Source: the human T2T-CHM13v2.0 reference genome, Homo sapiens
DNA: 64,000 nucleotides
Reading direction: 5' to 3'
NCBI GenBank assembly: GCA_009914755.4
Contig: CP086569.2
Location: 13,152,001 to 13,216,000 of the forward strand
Notes under the pieces: generated by a model
Database searches by the model: none
Told to the model about the DNA's origin: nothing
The model's input: only the letters and a program-made list of their open reading frames with translations
Shown: piece after piece, positions 54,745 through 64,000 of the stretch
Position numbering within the stretch: the stretch's first letter is position 1
Layout: each line of letters begins with the position of its first letter
Position numbers and translations under genes: made by a program

Positions 54745-54990
54745 AGGAGATCCTGAGAACGTGTGCCCAGGGTTGTTGAGTTACAGATTGGCTTTATGCA
54801 TTTTAGGGAGACATAAGACACCCCTCAATACATGTAAGATGGACATTGGTTCAGCCAGGAAAGGTGACACACCTCAAAGTGGGGGCTTGCAGGTCATAGA
54901 TAGGTGCATAGATTTTCTCATTGGAAATTGGTAGAAAGAGTTCAGTTATTGTTACAGTAGGTAGCTAGTCAGGCATAAGCAGGGCAGGAA
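54745..54990 (+). repeat. copy A of an unclassified dispersed repeat family (core …ttttagggagacatgagacatcaatcaatacatgtaag…)
   Basis: shares ~75-85% identity with 57340-57560, 61262-61480 and reverse complement of 56840-56965. Confidence 0.6.
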
Positions 54991-55507
54991 AGGCTCTCCC
55001 CAGCCCCACCAGGAATGTCAGGCGAGCATCAGGCGGTTATTAAACTGTCTCTCTAAAATAATAATTGGTCACAGTCAGCACCAGGGAAAGGCTGTCTCCC
55101 AGTAAATAGAAAACACCTAAAGCTGGTGGTTAGCAGCTTCCCAATACGATCTCAGGAAGTGAGTGAGTGGGCTCAAGCATGCACACTGAGAAGCAAAACG
55201 GTGGAGTTTAACTGGTCTATAACCTTCTAGGAACATTCAGCTGGTGAAGGAAGAACGCCTCAAGTGAGCATGCGTCCAACTCCAGTAAACACACTGCGCA
55301 TGCTCCCCTCCCAAGTGCTGGCAGGCCACTGTGCATGTGGACAGCCCAACCCCAAGAGAAGACTCAGCGGAGAAGGGACACAAGACTCCAGAAGCATGCC
55401 AACCTATAAAACCCCAAGTCTGAAGGTCAACCGTACACTTGATCTCTTAGGTCAGCTACTTGGCCGTCTTCCAAGTGTACTTTCCTTCTTTTCATTCCTG
55501 CTCTAAA

Positions 55508-55812
<305 letters not shown>

Positions 55813-55999
55813 TCAATTTTTCTTAAACTTCTCCAATCTGAGGCAAATGAAGAAAATTGGCATGGGGCCCCTTAATGTTGGGGAACCAATTGGGGTTCCC
55901 TGTGGCCCACCCAACCTTTGATCATGTTGTAAAGTCTTTTGTTTTAACTCCATCAATTTTCCTTTTCTTTGTTTCATTTCTTAATAATTATCTAAGGAT

Positions 56000-56230
56000 T
56001 CCAGCCTGGCCAACATTGTGAAACTTCGTCTCTAGTAAAAATACAAAAAAAAATTTGCTGGGCTTGGTGGCAGATGCCTGTAAACCCAGCTACTCGGGAT
56101 GTTGAGGCAGGAGAATCGCTTGAACCTGGGAGGTGGGGTTGCAGTGAGTCGAGACGGCACCGTTGCATGTCAGCCTGGGCAATAAGAGTGAAACTCCATC
56201 TCGAAAAATAAAAAAATTAATAATAATAAC
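56000..56230 (+). repeat. 5'-truncated Alu with TSD aataattatctaa(g/a)gatt
   Basis: TSD seen at both flanks. Confidence 0.8.
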
Positions 56231-56445
56231 AAAATAATTATCTAAAGATTTCCATCCTTCTGGCATGAGCCCTTTGACTCACTTTTCCCTTCCCTGTTTT
56301 TGTTTGTTAATTTATTAATTTTGTTTGTTAATTAGTGAAAGGAAACCAAAATCCCCAAGCCAAGGGGAAAACGCAAGCTGGGAACTGCATCAGAAAAACC
56401 TGCCTCCCATTTTCTCCTAAATAAGACAGCTATGAAGACAAAAAC

Positions 56446-56475
56446 AAACAAACAAACAAACAAACAAAAAGCTAC
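56446..56475. repeat. (CAAA)n microsatellite
   Basis: aaacaaacaaacaaac. Confidence 0.95.
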
Positions 56476-56839
56476 ATACCTCTTTCATAATTTGCCCACA
56501 AAGAAATTTTTTGTGGACCTCAAGATCTTTACCCTAAAACAGTTCTGTTCAATTTCACCTTGGCTTATCTTCACAGATGTGGGTCAAAGGAGAGACAGAA
56601 GTGAAAGTCAGCCCTCTCTGCTCACCTGAGACAAATGTGTATCTGATAGATTCCCCTGCACTATTGTTTACGCAAACATGCAGATTCACTGAACAGGCAT
56701 CAGCCACTATTCCTCTACCCACCACCCCCAACCCCCAACCCCCATCACATGTAAATTATGTAATCTTATCAAAGACTGAAAAGAATGTAAACTTTTGTGT
56801 CTTGTCCATCCATGACCTGGAATCCCCCACTTTGAGTCA

Positions 56840-56965
56840 TTCTACCTTTTTGGACGGAACCAATGTACATGATACATGTATTGATTGATGTCTCATGTCT
56901 CCCTAAAATGTAGAAAACCAAGCTGTATGCAGACCACACTGGGCACATGTTCTCAGGATCTTCTG
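56840..56965 (-). repeat. copy B (inverted) of the unclassified dispersed repeat
   Basis: reverse complement reads …cctgagaacatgtgcccagtgtggtctgcatacagcttggttttctacattttagggagacatgagacatcaatcaatacatg…. Confidence 0.6.
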
Positions 56966-57339
56966 AAGTCTGTGTCATGGGCGGCCATAGTCACTCATAT
57001 TTGGCTGAGAATAAATCTCTTAAAAAAATTTACAGTTTGTCTCTTCTCGTTGACACCCTAGTCTTTTGGTAGCATCTGTAAGACCCATGAGGGAAAGCTA
57101 CAACTGCAAATTTGATAAGGTTTCTCAAACCACTGTTTGATTCTGCAAGAGTCATGTCACCTGGGGTGCTTTTGTAGAAGGGGACCCTTGAACCACAACA
57201 TTTATAGAAATAAAGCTTTCCTTTCCAAATTTATGAACTTCACAGTTCTTCAGCTAGCATCATTAATACACTGAGAATCTATTGTGAACCCAAAATATCT
57301 GAGACAGGTCTCAGTCAATTTAGACAGTTTCTTTTGCCA

Positions 57340-57560
57340 AGGTTGAGAATGTGCACCTGTGACACAGCCTCAGGAAGTCCTGACGATATGTGCCCAAGGT
57401 GTTCGGGGCACAGCTTGCTTTTATATATTTTAGGGAGACATGAGACACCAATCAATATGTGTAAGACATACATGGGTTCAGTTCAGTAATTCAGGACAAC
57501 TTGAAGTGAGGGCTTTCAGATTAGAAGTAGACATGAGACAAAAGGTTACATATTCTTTTG
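57340..57560 (+). repeat. copy C of the unclassified dispersed repeat
   Basis: …cctgacgatatgtgcccaaggtgttcggggcacagcttgcttttatatattttagggagacatgagacaccaatcaatatgtgtaag…. Confidence 0.6.
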
Positions 57561-57789
57561 AGTCCTTGATCAGCTTTCCACTGAATGCACAATTTAGGCT
57601 GGCTCCGTGAATCTGCACTTTTACATAAGCAATGGGGCAGAGGAAATTGTCAGTTAAGTATTTGTCTCGGGAGCCTTGGAAGGATGACTTTGAGTTCCAT
57701 CTGTCCTTTGTCCACAAGGAATTTCCTTAAGCACAAATTGTGAGGGGGGTATGTAGCTTCTTATCTTTGTAGCTGTCTTGTTTAAGAAT

Positions 57790-58005
57790 CAAATGGGAGG
57801 CAGTCTTGCCTGTTACGCTTGGCTCTCACTCTGTCTTTGCCTGCCACCATCCATGAAAGATATGACTTGTTCCTCTCTACCCTCCATCATGATCGTGAGG
57901 CTTCCCCAGTCACGTGGAACTGTAAGTCTAATTACCCCTCTTTCTTTTGTAAATTGCCCAATCTCAGGTATGTCTTTACCAGCGGCATGAAAATGGACTA
58001 ATACA
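57790..58005 (+). repeat. MaLR LTR 3' fragment (MST/THE1-like)
   Basis: …gtgaggcttccccagtcacgtggaactgtaagtctaattacccctctttcttttgtaaattgcccaatctcaggtatgtctttaccagcggcatgaaaatggactaatacat. Confidence 0.75.
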
Positions 58006-58327
58006 TTGGGTAATGGGCATATTCAGCTGGCGAATATCCCGGTCATCATGAAGCCAATCCCACATGGCTTGCATATGAAGCACATCAGCTGCTTTATCTA
58101 GGGTGCTCCACTTTGCATTTTATAGGGAGGGCTGGGCAGTCCCCTTTTCAGGATAAACAGACCTTGTAGTGGTGTTTACCTAGTCCACCAGGCTGGCCAT
58201 TTCCTCAGGAAAAACTTCCTGTGCATCTGGGCCCCATACACTCATCAGCAAGTGTTTAATAGTGAGTGAGCTGCAGGCCCTGCACCAGCCCAAACATGCT
58301 CTTGCTTTCTGTGGCATTTAAAAATTA

Positions 58328-58650
<323 letters not shown>

Positions 58651-59632
58651 TTAAAGTAGTCATTCTTACAACCCATTTTAAAAAAGGGAACTCAGGAAGC
58701 TGACGATACCAATCTAGAAGATGAACCAATTCCTTTTCAAGCTTGTCCAATCCACAGCCCACGGGCCGCACGTGGCTCAGGACAGCTTTGAATGTGGCCC
58801 TACACAAATTTGTAAACTTTCTGAAAATGTTATGAGATATTTTTTGCCTTTTTTTTCTCATCAGCTATCATCAGTGTTTATGTATTTTATGCATGGCCCG
58901 AGACAATTTTTCTTCCAATGTGGCCCAGGGAAGCCAAAAGATTGAACAGCCCTGTAAATACCCTCTGGGTTTAATAGCTACTTGGTTTTGCCCTTCCTCC
59001 ACATGTCTATCTTCTTGGTAATCACAGGTCTCAGGGGTAACTATTGGTTGGCCTGGCTGAATTTTTCCTTTCGTAGGAAGCTTTGAGGTACTTGGCCTGA
59101 TCTGAGACAAACCCACATCTGAGCTTGGTGCCGCCTTCACGCCCAAGCCAGCGCTCTTTTACTTTCATTTTAGCCACTACAGAGGCAGTAAGCAAGGGAT
59201 TGAATAGTTCACTTTTTCCTTATTAATTTGCATTTCCTTTACATCCAGTGAACTAAATTCCCTGGGAGTATGAGTAAGATCCATCTCTAAATTCCTCTGG
59301 TGGCTCTGACCTTTAGTGACTGAAGGCAAGTCAGCTGCATCTCCTTACTGATAGAAGAACTAGAAAGAAACGATTCAAGCAGATAGTGAGGGTAAAAGAG
59401 TCCTTGGCAGAATTTCCCTTTTAACAAAAAGCAGCCCCCACATCATTTCTTCTTTAACAAAGAGCAGGGTGGAAAATCAAGCTGCAGGCATAGATAAGCA
59501 AGCTGGAAGCTTGCACAGGTAAATGCAGGCAGCTATGCCAATGGAAAAGTGCTACCTGGGGGCCAGGCACGTTCAACATGGAGGCTCCACCTTCCCTTTT
59601 CTTTGTCACAATGTGTACAGTAAAAAACCAGA

Positions 59633-59950
<318 letters not shown>

Positions 59951-59997
59951 AACATGGCACTAGCCAGGTAGAGAGTCCGTCTGCATAAGAAAAGAAT

Positions 59998-60248
59998 AGG
60001 TTCTGAGGTGGGCAGATCACCTGACGTCAGGAGTTTGAGACCAGCCTGACCAACATGGAGAAACCCCAGCTCTACTAAAAATACGAAATTAGCCAGTCGT
60101 GGTAGTGGGCACCTGTAATCCCAGCTACTTGGGAGCCCAGGCAGTAGAATCACTTGAACCCAGGAGGCAGAGGTTGCAGTGAGCCAAGATCACGCCATTG
60201 CACTCCAGCCTGTGCAACAAGAGTAAAATTCCATCTCAAAAAAAATAG
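59998..60248 (+). repeat. Alu SINE, 5'-truncated
   Basis: Alu consensus. Confidence 0.85.
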
Positions 60249-60555
60249 GCCAGCTTTTCTTGCCCTATACAGATGACACACCTAGTCCTAACCAGTTTTA
60301 TGTGCCCCATGCAAACGGTACACCTGATCCAACCAATCTTTTGCATCCTATGTAAATCATACACCACCTCCTCAAGCTCATCTATAAAACTTGCTGCATG
60401 CCAGCACAGAAGCAGCAACCCACTTCTCCAGACTCTGCTCTGCTGCAGATAGCTCTTCTCTTTCTTTTGCCTATTAAACTTCTGCTCTCAACCTCACTCT
60501 GTGTGTCCACGTCCTCATTTTCTGTGGCCATGAGACAATGAATCTCGGTTATTTA

Positions 60556-60795
<240 letters not shown>

Positions 60796-60989
60796 ATATA
60801 TTTGCATGCACATAAACACATCTAAACACGCATGCACACTCATAGAAAGATCCTACAGCTTTTACTTCAGAACTCTAGCAAGAGATGTCAACACAAACTT
60901 ACCAGTTTATACAAACAAAAAGGCTGGATCCCAACAGTGACTTTTATCTTAACAGCAGTAGAAAAGTAACAAAAGGGCAAGAAGCAGTG

Positions 60990-61250
60990 TTTCATGCCAG
61001 TAATCCCAGCACTTTGTGAGGCTGAGGCAGGCGGATCACTTGAGGTCAGGAGTTAAAACCAGCCTGGTCAACATGGTGAATCCTGTCTCTACTAAAAACA
61101 CACTGTGTGTCACTACTGAGTCATTCTACCCTTTTACATGTGAACCCAGGAGGTGGAGTTTGCAGCAAGCGGAGATCATGCCACTGCCCTCCAGCCTAGG
61201 TGACAGAGCCAGACTTTGTCTCAAAAAAATATTTTTTTTGAAGAGAGTTT
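60990..61250 (+). repeat. Alu SINE with ~45-bp non-Alu insertion (61090-61140)
   Basis: Alu arms separated by cacactgtgtgtcactactgagtcattctacccttttacatgt. Confidence 0.75.
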
Positions 61251-61261
61251 TTCATTTAACC

Positions 61262-61480
61262 AATGGTTCACAACACCGCCCGAAGAAGGTCCTGAGAACA
61301 AGTGCCCAAGGTGGTTGCGTTACAGCTTGTTTTTACACAATTTAAGGGGACAGGAGACATCAATTAATACATGTCACATGTACATTGGCTTAGTTCAGAA
61401 AGGTGGCATTCAAAGTGGAATGGAATCCAGGTTGTAGGTGGATTCCAAGATTTTCTGATTAAAGACCTGTAATCAATAGA
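61262..61480 (+). repeat. copy D of the unclassified dispersed repeat
   Basis: …cctgagaacaagtgcccaaggtggttgcgttacagcttgtttttacacaatttaaggggacaggagacatcaattaatacatg…. Confidence 0.6.
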
Positions 61481-61847
61481 AAGGAAATATCTGGGTGAGG
61501 ATAAGGGGTTGTGGAGACCAAGATTTTTATTATGCACATGTAGCCTGCAGTTAGCAGGCTTCAGAGAAACTGGATAGTAAATGTTTCTTCTTAGACTTAA
61601 AATGGTGCTAAACTCTTGCTTAACCTTTCCTGGATCAGAAAAAATAATAATATTACAGTGGAGAACACCAACAGACACCACTTAATCCAGGTGATCAAAT
61701 TTAACATCACCAGGACAGGACATAAAGACATCATGCACTCCATAACATGACACACTGAAAACTTACATCAATTCTGATGATTTTTTTGCCAAAAATGCAT
61801 AACCTCAGTCTAATCATGAGAAAACACTGGACAAAACCAAACTGAAG

Positions 61848-62155
61848 GCTGGGCACAGTGGCTCAAGCCTGTACTCCCAGCACTTTGGGAGGGTGAGACA
61901 GGTGGATCACCAGAGGTCAGGAGTTCGAGATGAGCCTGGCCAACAAAGTGAAACCCCATCTCTACTAAAAATACAAAAATTAGGCAGGTGCAGTGGCAGG
62001 TACCTCTAATCCCAGCTACTCTGGAGACTAAGGCATGAGGACAGCTTGAACCTGGGAGGCAGAGGTTGCAATGAGCCAAGATCACACCACTGCACTCTAG
62101 CCTGGGGGATAGAAAGAGAGTCTGTCTTAAAAAAAAAAAACAAAAAAAAAAAACT
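61848..62155 (+). repeat. Alu SINE
   Basis: ggctgggcacagtggctcaagcctgtactcccagc…. Confidence 0.9.
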
Positions 62156-62834
62156 GAGGCGTAATCTATAAAATAATTGACCATTACCTAGATTGGATAG
62201 TGGAACAGAATAATATCACATGCATCCATTTATTTTCAACATTTTTTTTTTGGTTTTTAACTAACCTGCCTCCTACACTACTGTATGTCTGGATTTTATG
62301 TTTATTTTCCCATTCAGAAAGTCTACTTTTTTAAAAAGGAATTTTAATCCATTCATGTTTATTATGATCACTGTTATATTTGGATTGAGTCCTGCAGCTT
62401 TGTTTCACATTGTTTTCCCTTTTTTACATATATCGGATTTTCTGCTTCTTTGGTGTAATTCTTTCCCACCCACCTCTGATTTCATGAAACAAGTTTTCTT
62501 CAATCCACGCATTTCCCATTAAGGCTCTGAAACTTGTAGACATCTTTTCTAGTTTTCTGGAGGTAATGCCCTTTCAACTGTCAGCACACATATTTAAGCT
62601 TATATTTTCTATCAAATATAAAGATAGTCATTATCTATGTCTTCTTCCCAGATGAAACAAAAACATGAACATATGCTCATTCTCTCTTTCTTCTCTGCTC
62701 TTTCAATTACCTCACGTGTGAAATGTTAATTCCAGATTATTTTCACAACTGTGCACTAACACATTCAGACATAACTCTGTTTTATACATTTATTTATTCA
62801 GCACTGCTTCCTGTGTACTCTCTTCTTTTTATTG

Positions 62835-63125
62835 TTAGTAGTGGTAGTAGTAGTAGTAGTATTTTGAGACAGGGTCTTGCTCTGTCACCCAGGCTGGAGT
62901 GCAGCATCAATCTCCTGGGCTCAAGTGATCCTCCCACCTCAGCCTCATGACTAGTTGGGACTACAGGCATGTGCCACTACACTCAGCAATTTTAAACAAA
63001 TTTTTAGTAGAGATAAGAGCTCACTATGTTGTCCAGGCTGGTCTTGAACTCCTGGACCCAAGCGATCCTCCAACCTCAGCCTCCCAAAATGCTATGGTTA
63101 CAGGCATGAGCCACTGTGCTTGGCT
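62835..63125 (-). repeat. Alu SINE preceded by (GTA)n
   Basis: reverse-complement Alu. Confidence 0.85.
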
Positions 63126-63282
63126 ACTCTTGCCTTTCTTAGATTACATTCCATTTTGCTGGAGTCAATCAACTAACTTTTTCCTCAAAGGTCTTTGAGG
63201 GATAACATTTTTGAGCATTTGCAAATTTGAAACACCCTGTAAAGACCAAAAATGGCACATTCATTTCTTCAGCCTCTCCATA

Positions 63283-63645
63283 CCTAAGGTGATATGGTTT
63301 GGCTGTGTCCCCACCTAAAGCTCATCTTCAGTGGTACCTCCCATAATTGCCACGTGTTGTGGGAGGAACCTAGTGAAAGATAATTGAATCATGGGGGTGG
63401 TTTCCCAATACTGTTCTCATGGTAATGAGTAAGCCTTATGAGATCTGATGGTTTTATAAGAGGTTTCCCCTTTCACTTGGCTCTTTTTTCTCTCTTGCCT
63501 GCCACCATGTGAGACATGTCTTTTCCCTTCTGCCATGATTGTGAGGCCTCCCCAGTGATGTGGAACTGTGAGTCCATTAAACCTCTTTCCTTTATAAGTT
63601 ACCGAGTCTTGGGCATGTCTTTATCAGCCGCATGAGACTAATACC
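63283..63645 (+). repeat. MaLR solo LTR (THE1/MST family)
   Basis: tgatatggtttggctgtgtccccacc…ccatgattgtgaggcctccccagtgatgtggaactgtgagtccattaaacctctttcctttataagttaccgagtcttgggcatgtctttatcagccgcatgagactaatac. Confidence 0.85.
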
Positions 63646-64000
63646 TGAGGAATATGTTCCTTCTGGCAAACATGCAGGGCAGCAAACACAAGGGCGCTCT
63701 GGGGCTATTTCTTACATCTCCCTCCTACCACCTTAACAATTCTCCAAAATATTGCCGTGAGTTTTGGAAAATATAATAATGAAGGAAGTGTTTGCCCCCA
63801 TCAACGCATTGCCAGCTCTCTGGCAAAACCACAAATCCCAGAAAATCTCTTCTCAGACATCTTCCAGAACTCACGTCTTTAAGGTTAATGGTAGGAGGCT
63901 TCCCATGTGGGAACGTCGCTGATGAAGACTCTGTCTGTCCTTCACTCTCTCTCAATTCCCACAGTCCTCTGAATATGTGGCTTTTCATGTCCCAGCATGG

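Overview
This window is primate (catarrhine, most likely human) genomic DNA, and well over half of it is interspersed repeats. No protein-coding gene is intact, and there is nothing prokaryotic, defense-system-like or otherwise novel in it.

Three defective class I endogenous retroviruses dominate the structure:
- HERV-E-like provirus, + strand, ~913-7474. It has a tRNA-Glu primer-binding site, LTRs of ~500 bp, a 4-bp target-site duplication (AGAC), and a gag->RT deletion.
- HERV9/ERV9 provirus, - strand, ~16217-22474. It has LTR12 LTRs with U3 tandem repeats and a tRNA-Arg primer-binding site. gag, nucleocapsid and protease are recognisable; RT is deleted; part of env is present.
- HERV-F-like provirus, - strand, ~37039-43565. 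It has a tRNA-Phe primer-binding site and recognisable gag, protease and RT. An AluY inserted into it later, with its own target-site duplication.

The only cellular-gene signal is two consecutive exons of an arylsulfatase (ARSF-like) on the - strand, at 13318-13467 and 9422-9543. Both have canonical splice sites. They carry inactivating changes: the catalytic CxPxR motif reads CSPSW, an in-frame CGA->TGA stop follows it, and DDLG is replaced by DNLG. This is a sulfatase pseudogene. One hypothesis is a Y-linked ARSF pseudogene copy or a decayed orthologue.

Other content:
- About 43 Alu elements, including AluY.
- Four L1 3' fragments, one of them young.
- A 7SL-RNA-derived retropseudogene.
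- Two MaLR LTRs.
- A four-copy dispersed repeat I could not name.
- Many microsatellites.
- Three striking GA/CT-rich polypurine tracts of 0.3-1.1 kb. One abuts a sulfatase exon and one lies inside the HERV9 provirus.

All calls come from reading the sequence and ORF track by eye and from recalled family consensus and protein sequences. No database search was run, and coordinates of repeat ends are approximate (+/-10 bp).
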